36,955 nucleotides of DNA from a virus (lineage: Duplodnaviria > Caudoviricetes). The notes beneath the pieces are model-generated. The model saw only the letters and a program-made list of their open reading frames with translations, was not told the origin of the DNA and searched no databases. Position numbers and translations under genes: made by a program. The stretch covers positions 1 through 36,955 of the IMG/VR virus record IMGVR_UViG_3300014160_000348; one strand, 5' to 3'. Below are positions 17,886-27,172 of this stretch, in pieces (within the stretch, counting starts at the first letter, position 1; each line of letters begins with the position of its first letter).

Positions 17886-19114
17886 TGGGCGGTCAGTATG
17901 GGAACGTTGTTGCTCATCCAGACGCGCGTGAGGCCAAGGCCGTTGGAGTTCACGATCTTGACGTCGCCCGGTCCCATGCCGTTAGTGGCGGCAGCCAGGC
18001 TCCAGGTATTTGAGTGGTAAAGAAGTCCCCCATCAGCCGCGAGCGGTACCGAAAACCTGGACTCCACGTAGGACGGCCCATGCATCTGAAAAAACTGGCA
18101 CTGAAGCGTCGGCTGGATGGGCACAGCAAAGGTCACGATCCCCGCATTGGTTAAGATCGTAAAATTGGTTGTGGCCTGCCAGGTAATCGGCCCGCTGAGG
18201 TTGGTGCAGGTCTCCATGGCCCACCCGGGCACGAGGTTTGTTGCGGGGGTGTTGATCAGGATGTTGGTCCCGCTGGTTCCCCCAAAAGCCTCAGGGATGC
18301 CTGGAACTGTGGCCCAAAGATTCAGCACGTTCGTGCCGTGGTTGTAGAAGGTGACTGTCTCATTGGTCTGCAACTGCGATTGGAGCAGCCAGCCGCCAGC
18401 CATGTTCACCGGCGGCGCCAGAACGTGGATATAGCTCAGTAGGTCGGACTGATTGACCAGTGACGATCCCTGCATCATCAGGCTCTGGCCATCGAAGGAG
18501 ATGACGTTGCCGTAAAGCTCCGGATGGTCCAGCCCATAGATCGTAACTGAGCCGATCCCAACCGTGGTGTCGCCCACAACAGAGAGCCAGATATTTGACC
18601 AGCAGACAAAGCCGTTGGTGAGCGGAAACCAGCCGTTGGTGCCAGTGTAGCTTCCCCACAGGCTCTCAGTGAGGGTGATATTGGGAAGCATTGGCCCGGC
18701 AGAGACCGATGGTGCTCCAATCCGCCACATGTAAAGCTGCGGGACCACGCCAAAGAAGTTGGAGCCTGACATCGTGAACGCCGAGTTATTGGTCAACAAT
18801 ATCTCGTGCGACGAAAGCACCAGATTGGTTTGCATGGCGCTGACGTACTGCTGCGCCCGCACCCACCCCACCACGCCATTGCTGCACACAACCAGATCCC
18901 CAGCCCCCAATCCCCCGCTACTACTGAGGCTGGTAAGGTTGGTGCCGTTCAGGACGATCCCGTTCACATACAGCGTGCGGAACGGGAAATCGGAGCGCCC
19001 CAGGTCGGCCCATCCTGGGCTCACAGGCCGGAAGATGGGATCCCGCAACACGTTCTCATTTCCGCTGGCCGCCAGAGCCAGAAGGCAAACACATATGGCA
19101 AGAAAATGCTTCAC
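17882..19114 (-). CDS. Secreted tail fibre/spike-like protein
   Basis: Signal peptide MKHFLAICVCLLALAASG. Fibre-like P.....DLG....F..LY motif, beta-rich, and an ETCTNL....W...FFQM module. Confidence 0.55.
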   Translation of the reverse strand: MKHFLAICVCLLALAASGNENVLRDPIFRPVSPGWADLGRSDFPFRTLYVNGIVLNGTNLTSLSSSGGLGAGDLVVCSNGVVGWVRAQQYVSAMQTNLVLSSHEILLTNNSAFTMSGSNFFGVVPQLYMWRIGAPSVSAGPMLPNITLTESLWGSYTGTNGWFPLTNGFVCWSNIWLSVVGDTTVGIGSVTIYGLDHPELYGNVISFDGQSLMMQGSSLVNQSDLLSYIHVLAPPVNMAGGWLLQSQLQTNETVTFYNHGTNVLNLWATVPGIPEAFGGTSGTNILINTPATNLVPGWAMETCTNLSGPITWQATTNFTILTNAGIVTFAVPIQPTLQCQFFQMHGPSYVESRFSVPLAADGGLLYHSNTWSLAAATNGMGPGDVKIVNSNGLGLTRVWMSNNVPILTAQ

Positions 19115-19120
19115 GGGTTG

Positions 19121-19423
19121 TCAATGCCCCAACAGAGCCACAACAGACACCGTCCCACTGACCAGCCCCACGCCCATCGCGGAAGAGGCCGGCGTAATTG
19201 TCAGGTTGTCCAGGTCCAGCCCTTCCGGAAACTCGAAGGAGAAATAGCCTGGGGCAATTGCGGGGCAAAAGAGCAGGCCCCCCAGCGGAGTGCCCTCGTT
19301 AATCCAGAGGAAACAGGCCGAGCCCGCATTGTAGCCATACACGCCACACAGCTTGACGGGTGCCGTAGAGACCGTCAGAGCCGCTGTGAGCGGCGTCATG
19401 TTGCCAACAGGTTGTGTGAACAT
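19121..19423 (-). CDS. Small beta-rich virion protein (decoration-like), paralog of 19428-19745
   Basis: STAPVKLCGVYGYN...FPEGLDLDNLTI; downstream of the capsid gene. Confidence 0.55.
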   Translation of the reverse strand: MFTQPVGNMTPLTAALTVSTAPVKLCGVYGYNAGSACFLWINEGTPLGGLLFCPAIAPGYFSFEFPEGLDLDNLTITPASSAMGVGLVSGTVSVVALLGH

Positions 19424-19427
19424 GTCG

Positions 19428-19745
19428 TTAGAGGGCGAGCATCGCGTTGAACAGGCATGAGGCGCTATCCAGGGTCTTTGTCGCCTGCGTGGTTGACGTG
19501 CACAGGGTCAGCGCGTCCAAGTCCATGCCCTGTGAGAAGGTGGCGAAGTAAGAGCCGCCCGCAGCCACTGCGATTGATAAGAGCGGCACTGCCCCGTCCG
19601 CTGGCAACGTTGGGGATGGGTGGACCTGGATATACCTGGTCGCAGCGGCGTTGTTGGCCCCGAACACGCCAAAGAGCTTCACCGGGCTCGTGGATATCAC
19701 GAGCGAGGAGAGTTGCTGGTTGCTCCCATTCAATCGCGTTTTCAT
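19428..19745 (-). CDS. Small beta-rich virion protein (decoration-like)
   Basis: STSPVKLFGVFGAN...FSQGMDLDALTL; downstream of the capsid gene. Confidence 0.55.
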   Translation of the reverse strand: MKTRLNGSNQQLSSLVISTSPVKLFGVFGANNAAATRYIQVHPSPTLPADGAVPLLSIAVAAGGSYFATFSQGMDLDALTLCTSTTQATKTLDSASCLFNAMLAL

Positions 19746-19778
19746 GTGTCGTCTGGTTGTGCGTTTTTACGACTGGCC

Positions 19779-19818
19779 GGCTTGCGGCGCGTAAACCCAC
19801 CAAACCACGCCGCAAGCC
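19779..19818 (-). promoter_or_regulatory. Intergenic stem-loop without a U-tract
   Basis: Perfect 11-bp inverted repeat: GGCTTGCGGCG (19779-19789) and CGCCGCAAGCC (19808-19818). Confidence 0.5.
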
Positions 19819-19852
19819 CTGTCCTGCAAACCCACCGCCAGGCGGGTAAGAA

Positions 19853-20236
19853 TCACTGGAAGCCCTGCCCGTTTTGGCTGCTTTGGTCGAGGCCTTGAGC
19901 CTCCGTTTGGAGCGCCTTTTCATCGGCATCCTCGTTTGGGTCCTGGTCGTTGTCGGGAGCGGTGTCAGATCCATCGTCCACCGGCTGCCCGTTGATGCTG
20001 GTGCGCTTTACTTGGGCCGTGTCGCCGTCGATGGACACCACCTTCCCGGCCACCTGGTAGTTGACCTCGTCGCCCACTTCCGGAGGCTGCATTTGCTCCT
20101 GGTCGTCGGGCATTTGCAGCGCCGAAATGGGGACGGAATCCGTTTGGCCGCTCGATGAGACGCCACCGGCATCCGGCGCGCCTTTTCCTGGTCCGCCCGG
20201 AGCCCCAATGACGATTGCTAAACCTGGTTTCTTCAT
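19853..20236 (-). CDS. Acidic hypothetical protein after the capsid gene
   Basis: 127-aa ORF with a PEVGDEVNYQVAGKVVSIDG beta core and a D/E-rich tail. Confidence 0.7.
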   Translation of the reverse strand: MKKPGLAIVIGAPGGPGKGAPDAGGVSSSGQTDSVPISALQMPDDQEQMQPPEVGDEVNYQVAGKVVSIDGDTAQVKRTSINGQPVDDGSDTAPDNDQDPNEDADEKALQTEAQGLDQSSQNGQGFQ

Positions 20237-20270
20237 ATTTGTGCTTCTCGTTGTCTCTTCTTGTTTAGCC

Positions 20271-20304
20271 GGCTGGGAGCGTGGCGTAACTCACGCCCCC
20301 AGCC
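20271..20304 (-). promoter_or_regulatory. Stem-loop immediately downstream of the capsid gene
   Basis: Minus strand GGCTGGGGGCGTG-AGTTACGC-CACGCTCCCAGCC pairs with one G-U; no U-tract. Confidence 0.5.
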
Positions 20305-20323
20305 CGGGAATCACCAGGTTGCC

Positions 20324-21361
20324 TTACACGAAGGTCGACTGTGACCGGAATAACACGAAGCGCGGCTGCTCGCTCGCGCCGTTGGTGATGAGAGGCTTGG
20401 CGCCGTAATAGGCTTTCCAGCCGATTTGCACCCACTGGCCCAACGGGTTTGAATGGTCGGGCTTGTTGATGATGATGAGTTGCGGGGCGTAGGGAGAACC
20501 GCCCGCCTTGGTATTGTCCAGCCCGGGCACGCCGAAAGCGGCATCGCCGAGGTAGATGGAGGTAAAGATCTTGCCGCCGGCAGCGTAGGTGCCGTAGGCC
20601 GTCTCCTGGAATGGGTTGGTGGCCTCGATAAAGACCGTACCGTCCAGCATGACAGCCTGGTCTTTATACAGCGGCTCGCCCTGGTACTGGAACGCCAGCG
20701 TCAAGGTCGTGTCTTTGCGCAGGTCGTGGACGATCTGTGGCGGGACGATGGCTACATACTTGCCTCCAACCTTTGGCACGCGGGCGGACTTCAACTGCGT
20801 GATGCACTTGATGTTTTCCGCCCGGGTCATGTTGGATGCCGATGCACCCAAACCGGTCAGCGTCGTGAAGTCGGTCGAGGAAGTGCCGGAATTGGTTGTG
20901 CCGGCAAACCGCTCAAAGTAACCAGTGTAAGTGCTGTTCGAGTTGGCGAGTCCGGCGACCAGCGCGTTGCGGATCACGGTATCCAGGTCCAGGGCCGCGT
21001 CAGCGCCCATTGTCTGGGTGTAGAGCTTCACCGTGTCCAGCAGGTCAGTCGCCAGGACAATGTCGGTGATCTTGGCGAGCGCTCCGCGCTGTCCAAGTGG
21101 CACATCCACATAGCCCACGGCGACTTCCGTCAGGGTTGTGGGCACCGTTCCTTCCGTGAGGGCGCCCGCGCCAACCGTGTTGGCAAGGCGCGGGCGGAAG
21201 AACCGGACGGTTGGAGTAGAGCCGGCAGCTGGGTATTTGCCCTGGAGACCGAATCTTGCAAGCTGGAGGTTAAACTTGAGAGCCTCCAGCAGCTTCGGAT
21301 TATAGTACGTTTGGACCCGTGACGCGAAGTCAGCCGGGTTCGAAAGTGAAATAGTAGCCAT
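20324..21361 (-). CDS. Major capsid protein (N4-gp56-like, HK97 fold)
   Basis: TVRFFR, LTEGTVP, YVAIVPPQIVHDL, LGDAAFG, NPLGQ..IGWKAYYG; follows the scaffold gene. Confidence 0.9.
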   Translation of the reverse strand: MATISLSNPADFASRVQTYYNPKLLEALKFNLQLARFGLQGKYPAAGSTPTVRFFRPRLANTVGAGALTEGTVPTTLTEVAVGYVDVPLGQRGALAKITDIVLATDLLDTVKLYTQTMGADAALDLDTVIRNALVAGLANSNSTYTGYFERFAGTTNSGTSSTDFTTLTGLGASASNMTRAENIKCITQLKSARVPKVGGKYVAIVPPQIVHDLRKDTTLTLAFQYQGEPLYKDQAVMLDGTVFIEATNPFQETAYGTYAAGGKIFTSIYLGDAAFGVPGLDNTKAGGSPYAPQLIIINKPDHSNPLGQWVQIGWKAYYGAKPLITNGASEQPRFVLFRSQSTFV

Positions 21362-21381
21362 CGGAACCTATGGCAAAGGCA

Positions 21382-22557
21382 TTACCGGAGCGATACCATT
21401 TCCCGCGCCATTCGTTCGAGTTCCGCCTCCTCGTCCGCAGCGCCCGGACTCCCGAGCTTGGGGACAGTGGCAGACCCGCCGGGCGCGGTCAAAGTCTCAT
21501 ACTCCTTAACCTTTGCCTTGAGTTCTCCCAGTTCCTTTTCCAGTGACGACACACGAGCGGCGGCAGCCTGCGATTGCGCCTGAAACTGCTTAGCGGCAGC
21601 CTCAGCGGACGTAAGCCGGCAGACGTGATAGATGACTGATGGATGAGCCAGCAAGGACGGATCCTGTTTTGCCAGCGCGTTCAGATGACCTGCGACGGTC
21701 ATTTGAAACGGGCTGTTCTGCTTCATCAGGTCCGGAAAAGCTTTGGCCGCTTCGAGCGTCCAGCCTTTGCGCTGCTGCTCAAACTGCGCGGACCGCTCCG
21801 CGAGCCCCGCCGGGGGATTCCGCCGAACCTGCTCAGCCCACTGCGCCAGGTCGTCGGCCGTCATTTCGGCGCGATCGGCCTGCTTTGTGAGCCTGGCTTG
21901 CGCCTCGAAGTCGCCCTTGTCCTCGGCGCGTTTGGCCTGCATGCGCAGCGCGTCGGCATCCCGGCGCTTCTGTTGAGAAGCGCGCAGAATATCCTCCGGC
22001 GCGTGCTGCGGCTGCTCCGCCTGGCGCTTGATGGTGTCGAACTCCGCCCGCTGCCGGGCGAACTCGACCCTTTGCTGCTCCAACGCCGCCGCCTGGGAGT
22101 CTAACTCCGACTTTCGGGTGTTGACCGCTGTCCAGGTCTTGTCCAAGCGTTCCTGGGCCTTCGCATAGCGTGATTGCTGCTGCGCTGCGTCGGCCTGCGG
22201 GCCTGGGTGTCCAGGCTTTTCCGCTGCTGGCTTCTCGCCCGGCTTTACGGTTGCCCTATCCGCTGCCGGCGCTTCCGGGCTGGTTGGCGTTGGGGGAACC
22301 CCATCAGTTTTCTTTCCGGCAACGGCATCCGCCGTCGCTGGTGTGTCGGTCTGTTGAGAAACGAGAGATTGAGCGTCCGTCGTGGTCCCTTGAGCCGCGC
22401 GTTGCTCGTCGGTCGTCGCGCTCTGCCCGGCTGGTCCGTGCGGACTGCCATCAGCAGCAGGTAGCTGTGCGCCAGCGCCATCTGCGGCGATCAGGGCGTC
22501 AAGTTGCCGGCTGGCCTCTTCCATTCCGGGCATGTTGGGATCGATCTCTACGCTCAT
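21382..22557 (-). CDS. Capsid scaffolding protein
   Basis: Disordered N-terminus, long coiled coil and FPDL motif; directly upstream of the capsid gene. Confidence 0.75.
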   Translation of the reverse strand: MSVEIDPNMPGMEEASRQLDALIAADGAGAQLPAADGSPHGPAGQSATTDEQRAAQGTTTDAQSLVSQQTDTPATADAVAGKKTDGVPPTPTSPEAPAADRATVKPGEKPAAEKPGHPGPQADAAQQQSRYAKAQERLDKTWTAVNTRKSELDSQAAALEQQRVEFARQRAEFDTIKRQAEQPQHAPEDILRASQQKRRDADALRMQAKRAEDKGDFEAQARLTKQADRAEMTADDLAQWAEQVRRNPPAGLAERSAQFEQQRKGWTLEAAKAFPDLMKQNSPFQMTVAGHLNALAKQDPSLLAHPSVIYHVCRLTSAEAAAKQFQAQSQAAAARVSSLEKELGELKAKVKEYETLTAPGGSATVPKLGSPGAADEEAELERMAREMVSLR

Positions 22558-22562
22558 TTCAG

Positions 22563-23039
22563 TTACGGCGATAATTGTTCGAGCAGATCCGTTTCGCCTG
22601 GCGGACGCCCGTCATTTGGTTTTGTGTCCTGTGCGCCGGACACCCGCGAAAGTGAATGCAGATACCTGACCGCCTCATCCCATCCCGCGCTCACGCCTGC
22701 CGCGTAGGTGGCGTTGGTCTGCTTTTTGGCGCCGGCAATGGCGGCGCTGATGACTACGGTCCGCAGGCGGTTCGTGCACGCCTTGCCGGCGGCGGTATCA
22801 AGAAACGCCCTGAGAGCCGCGCCGTTTTCCTGAGTCCAAGCCGAGCACTCAGGCAGTGCGTAGGGCTCCGTCAACCTGGCCACCTTGGCTCGGAGCGTGG
22901 CCTCGCGCTCGAACGAGGCCATCAGCGCCTTATTGGCGGTCTGCGTCTGCTCGGCTAGTTGTTCGCGCGCGGCACGCAACTGACCAACTAGGTCGTTGAG
23001 ACCAAGCCAGGCAAAGAAGTTGAGGGCGGCGCATTTCAC
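22563..23039 (-). CDS. Hypothetical head-module protein
   Basis: Helical 158-aa ORF between portal and scaffold; 4-nt overlap with its upstream neighbour. Confidence 0.7.
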   Translation of the reverse strand: MKCAALNFFAWLGLNDLVGQLRAAREQLAEQTQTANKALMASFEREATLRAKVARLTEPYALPECSAWTQENGAALRAFLDTAAGKACTNRLRTVVISAAIAGAKKQTNATYAAGVSAGWDEAVRYLHSLSRVSGAQDTKPNDGRPPGETDLLEQLSP

Positions 23040-23338
23040 TGCTCCACTTTTGCACCGCGAGCCCGCTTCGGAGCAACCGGCACATTTGGAACCCTTTGGA
23101 ACCCTACGCCTGGGTCGACTCGGTCTGGAAGCGATTCCGTCCCCTCGATTTGGGCAATGGTGATCTCAAGCGCGCGGCTGAAAGGCGTCTTAATCGCGTC
23201 ATGCGACCACTCAACGACCACGCTCTGCTTGTCGTCAGACAGCCTGATCCCGCTTTGCGGGTCAATGTGGTGCCCCTTGGGAAGGCGAGCAATGAGGTCG
23301 TTAATGGGAAGGTTAATCAGTGTCTTGAATTGGCTCAT
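23036..23338 (-). CDS. Hypothetical protein
   Basis: 100-aa ORF overlapping the portal stop codon and the next gene. Confidence 0.65.
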   Translation of the reverse strand: MSQFKTLINLPINDLIARLPKGHHIDPQSGIRLSDDKQSVVVEWSHDAIKTPFSRALEITIAQIEGTESLPDRVDPGVGFQRVPNVPVAPKRARGAKVEQ

Positions 23339-25236
23339 AACTGGGGTTGTTGTGCTGGTTGTGGAGGTCGCTGGGCGGGGGCCGCGCCAGGTCCTGGGGA
23401 TCCCGCCGTAGGTGGCCGTCCCGAAGGCCCGGAATTGGGCACAGGAGTGGAGATAGCCTGCGCGATCTTGGCCTTGAACTGTTTGGCGGCGTCTGGGTCG
23501 GTTTTCTCGAGGTACTGCCAGTGCAGCGCCATGTGTTCCTGCACCCGCTGCCGCGCGACGGGGTCCACGGGCGCACCCACCATGCCTTGTTTCGCCAGCC
23601 AGCCCAGGTCCACCAGGATCCGGGTGGCGTGATCTTCCCCGGGCATCACAGCGGCCGGGTAGCCCTCCGCGAGCACGAGGATCTCCACGGCCTCGTCTTC
23701 GGCCTCGCTGTTGGCCTTCTGGTTGGTCGGGATGAACGCCTTGAGGGCAAGACGCGGGTCGTCGGCGTACAGGGCTTCTTTGGTCAGCTCTTCGGCGCTG
23801 ACATTTGGGTTGCCCTGGTAGGCCTGGAGGCGAGCCAGCGCCCGCTGCGCCTTGCGCTGGGCGTTCCAGCCGTCGGGAGACCCGTCAGGCATGATAAGGT
23901 AGGACAGGTGCAGGGCGGCGTCCGGCAACACGCCGATCCTGCCTGCGGCGTAGTATGAAAAGTCGGCGCTTTTAAACTGCACCAGGAGCGACCAGCAAAG
24001 GCGGTAGACCTTCGTGAGGGAATCGCGGAATAGCAACGCATTGTCATTCATGCCGGCGGACTGCAACGCCGTAATCCGTTCGTTCTCCGTGGCTGTCCGG
24101 GGTTTGGTGTCGGTCCCGTCGTTCTGGCTGATCCCAAAATCCGGCGTCATGGCCTGCTGCTCGCCCACGGTGCGGGCAAACATCATTTCCTCGTCGTAGG
24201 AGATTGGCGGCGCCGGCATTTGCACCCCTTTGAGGTTCATGGGGATGATCTCGCCCGGCTGCCAGCGGATATTGGCGATGTTCGGAATATCCCCGTCGGC
24301 GGTCAGGACGGGCCGGTTCGAGAACGTGATGGCGTCGGCCTTCTCGTTCCAGAGCTTGGTGAGATAGGCTTCGACGGGGGCAAGCAACTCACCAAGGCCC
24401 CGCGGCGAGTACCATCCCTCATCTTTGACCTCTGCCGCAAAGGAAATAAAGGGACACGCCGGCTCCTTGTCCACCATGTACGGACAACCGTAGGGCTCGC
24501 GGATTTTCAAATCTGGATTTTGCGGCGAGTAGGTGTAAACGGTGTAGCCATTGGACGTTTTCACCCAATGTTCCCAGAGCACGATCTTGTTATTGTCGGT
24601 GGAGTGGGTGATTCCTTCGCGCAACATCTTGTCGAGCGTGTATTGCAGCAGCGTGTCGGTGGACTGTACCCCTCGAATCTTCTTGATCGTCTCCTCGTCC
24701 TGGTCAAACAGCCGGTTTGCCCTGTATTTTGGCACAGACCAGTGCTGGACGTGTACGAACTCGTCCGCCTCGTCAATGTCCGCAGCACCTTCTGGCACGA
24801 TCAGGAACATCGGGTCAACAGCCTCAAACACGAGCTTGTGATCCTTAAACGGATCCGTTCGCACCTTTAACACGCCGCGCCCGCGCAGCAGCATTGTGTC
24901 CACCACACACCGCACCTTTTGCAGGAACGTGGACCGCTGGAAGAGCTTGTAGTTGAACCAATCGGCCGCCGCTTCGCTGAGCGGGTCCGCCTGCTCCACG
25001 AGCGAGATAAAAGAGGCGAGGCGATTCCCAGCCGTGACCTGGCCCAGCCAAAACGGCTTCTGCTTGCGGATCGACATATCGATCTGCGGATAATGGCCAT
25101 CCGCCGCGGTGGGGAAAGGTTTGTTGCGCCGTCGCAAGCCTTCGTGGCGCATAGTGGAGAAAATGCGCTGCTTGGTTTCCCAAGGAAGGCGGTCAACCAT
25201 CATCTTGTGGGCCGCTTCAAATCGAGATTTGCTCAT
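23335..25236 (-). CDS. Portal protein (P22-like)
   Basis: 633 aa, follows TerL. Motifs GRGVLKV, VDPMFLIVP, GWYSPRGLGE, RTATE and EDHATRI. Confidence 0.85.
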   Translation of the reverse strand: MSKSRFEAAHKMMVDRLPWETKQRIFSTMRHEGLRRRNKPFPTAADGHYPQIDMSIRKQKPFWLGQVTAGNRLASFISLVEQADPLSEAAADWFNYKLFQRSTFLQKVRCVVDTMLLRGRGVLKVRTDPFKDHKLVFEAVDPMFLIVPEGAADIDEADEFVHVQHWSVPKYRANRLFDQDEETIKKIRGVQSTDTLLQYTLDKMLREGITHSTDNNKIVLWEHWVKTSNGYTVYTYSPQNPDLKIREPYGCPYMVDKEPACPFISFAAEVKDEGWYSPRGLGELLAPVEAYLTKLWNEKADAITFSNRPVLTADGDIPNIANIRWQPGEIIPMNLKGVQMPAPPISYDEEMMFARTVGEQQAMTPDFGISQNDGTDTKPRTATENERITALQSAGMNDNALLFRDSLTKVYRLCWSLLVQFKSADFSYYAAGRIGVLPDAALHLSYLIMPDGSPDGWNAQRKAQRALARLQAYQGNPNVSAEELTKEALYADDPRLALKAFIPTNQKANSEAEDEAVEILVLAEGYPAAVMPGEDHATRILVDLGWLAKQGMVGAPVDPVARQRVQEHMALHWQYLEKTDPDAAKQFKAKIAQAISTPVPNSGPSGRPPTAGSPGPGAAPAQRPPQPAQQPQL

Positions 25237-25260
25237 AAAATGCCTAAGAAGGGTCGCCGA

Positions 25261-26682
25261 TCACCCGAAATACGCTCCCGGTATGCCGTGCGGGTCGCCC
25301 TCCATCTCTGCCATTTCGCGGACCTGCTCCACAAACGAACCGGCGGCGCCCTTGCGCCCCAGGTTGAACGAATCGACCCGCCGCACCGGAGTCATGGCCC
25401 CAAAGACCGCATCCGCGCGGTCTGGGCTGGACACGTTGCGCTTTTTCATCTCACGCTTGGGCTCGATCGCCAGCTTCCCCTTGCTGTGGGGGATGCGCTT
25501 GCGGTCGAGCATCTGCGCCCGCATGTCGTCGTCATCTGGCAGGATGATCTCCCGCCTGACAATCTGCTGCGCGCCTTCAAACCACATCTCCGCAGCCAGG
25601 TTGGCATAATGGTCGTCGTAGCGTGGGGGCTCGTTGTTGTTTACGCGGTTGATGCGCCAGCCCATCGCCCAGAGCTGGTCGATGATCAAGTGCCCGCCGC
25701 CGCCTTCGTCTCCGTCGATCTCCTCGGGTTTTAGACCCAGGCGCATGAACTCCGCGATAAAGCGTCCGCAAATGCCGTGCAGGCTGTCCGAGCGAAAGGT
25801 TGCTTCGATGGTGACCACGTTGCCGTCACGGTAGGCCAGCACATTTTCGTCGCCATCACCGCCCCAAGCAAAGTCACAGAATGCTTTCCGCTCCATCCCA
25901 CGTTTCTCGATCGGCGGATCGGCCAACAAATCTTCGAGGGCCTTCAGGTCAAGAACAGCATCGGCCACGGATGCCATAAACTCGGCGTCCACCATCGAAA
26001 GCACCAGCGGGTGCTTTGCGCCCCACTTCAAGCGCAGCTTATCAATGTCATCCTGTCTCCAGTGCGGGCAATCCGCCGCCCGCTGGACGAAGGTTTTGTA
26101 GAACTTGGCGCGCGTCGTATGGCTGCGGTAAAACTCGCCCTCAGCGTATCCGGGGGAGCTTGCGATCAGGAGTCGGGTCGGCTTGCATCGCTCAATAGCC
26201 TCAAAGATGTCGTCTTTGACGGTCTTCGCCTCATCCACGATGATCATGAGAGGCTGCTCAGGGCCGTCCTCGTGGTGTCCTTCGAACTTGCCCGCATCGT
26301 TGGTGCTGAACCCCTCCCAGAAACAGTTGATCGAGTCGGTCTCGATCCGTGGCGTGTGGAGGAAAGTCCAGTGTGGAAACCTGGTGCTGTAGGTGTGGAG
26401 GGCCGGTAGCAGTTGGTCTTTGATCTGCCGGTAGCTGCCACTGGTGGAGATGATATGCCCCTTGGGGAACATCGAAAGATGCCAGAGTATAGCCCCGGCA
26501 ATGACGCGGCGCGTCTTGCCGCCCTCGTTGCAGGACCGAAACGAGATCCGCACCCCTGGGGGCGCCAGCGCGCGCAACACGTCGCGCTGCTTTGGGTAGA
26601 GATCCATCCCTAGCATGGCCGAGGCGAACCCATCGGGGAGGGACAAGGTGTCAGCCTCGTTACTGTTTCCGGGCTTTGGCAT
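25261..26682 (-). CDS. terL: Terminase large subunit
   Basis: LYPKQ Q-motif, Walker A RSCNEGGKT, Walker B IIVDEA, ASSP, nuclease CDFAWGGDGD and SPDRADA. Start set at ATG 26682 (MPKPG). Confidence 0.93.
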   Translation of the reverse strand: MPKPGNSNEADTLSLPDGFASAMLGMDLYPKQRDVLRALAPPGVRISFRSCNEGGKTRRVIAGAILWHLSMFPKGHIISTSGSYRQIKDQLLPALHTYSTRFPHWTFLHTPRIETDSINCFWEGFSTNDAGKFEGHHEDGPEQPLMIIVDEAKTVKDDIFEAIERCKPTRLLIASSPGYAEGEFYRSHTTRAKFYKTFVQRAADCPHWRQDDIDKLRLKWGAKHPLVLSMVDAEFMASVADAVLDLKALEDLLADPPIEKRGMERKAFCDFAWGGDGDENVLAYRDGNVVTIEATFRSDSLHGICGRFIAEFMRLGLKPEEIDGDEGGGGHLIIDQLWAMGWRINRVNNNEPPRYDDHYANLAAEMWFEGAQQIVRREIILPDDDDMRAQMLDRKRIPHSKGKLAIEPKREMKKRNVSSPDRADAVFGAMTPVRRVDSFNLGRKGAAGSFVEQVREMAEMEGDPHGIPGAYFG

Positions 26683-27172
26683 ACTCTCGGGCCCGGGCCA
26701 ACACATCGTCAGGGATGCCGATAATCTGCTGGGTAACGTTGATGCTGGTCTCCCCGCCGCCAAACACGTCAGGATGCCGATGCTCCAGTACCCAGCACAG
26801 CCAGCGCGGATCCTCGTTATCCACGAGCCGCCGCAGCGCCTTTTCGTAAAAGTCCGCCTTGGCGGCTTCGAACGGGGGGACAAATTGCGGATTGCGCTTG
26901 AGAGCCTTGGACCAGGATTCGAGATTGACGCAGGGGTCTTTCTCAAGCACCAAGGCCATTTTAAGCGGCAACCCCAGCCCAAAACGCTCAGACACCCTAA
27001 GAACCACGTCCAGAGTGATGTGCCGCTTTCGCCCGCGTTTCCTTGCGCTTGCCACACTGGCGCCACACTGCGACACCAAGCGACCGCGCTTCAATGCGCG
27101 CTTTTGGAACCCTTTGGAACCCGGAAGCCACAGAAAACGACGACAATCCGGGCCGCGCCGCGTGTTACTCAC
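26660..27172 (-). CDS. terS: Terminase small subunit; true start probably further downstream (GTG of VASARKRG)
   Basis: RGRKRHIT + HTH-like helices + WVLEHRHPDVFG; overlaps the TerL start. Confidence 0.7.
   Translation of the reverse strand: MSNTRRGPDCRRFLWLPGSKGFQKRALKRGRLVSQCGASVASARKRGRKRHITLDVVLRVSERFGLGLPLKMALVLEKDPCVNLESWSKALKRNPQFVPPFEAAKADFYEKALRRLVDNEDPRWLCWVLEHRHPDVFGGGETSINVTQQIIGIPDDVLARAREYAKARKQ

Noticed and set aside
26683-27066. 128-aa N-terminal extension of TerL in the ORF track
   Set aside because: It overlaps terS in another frame and has no terminase features; ATG 26682 fits better.
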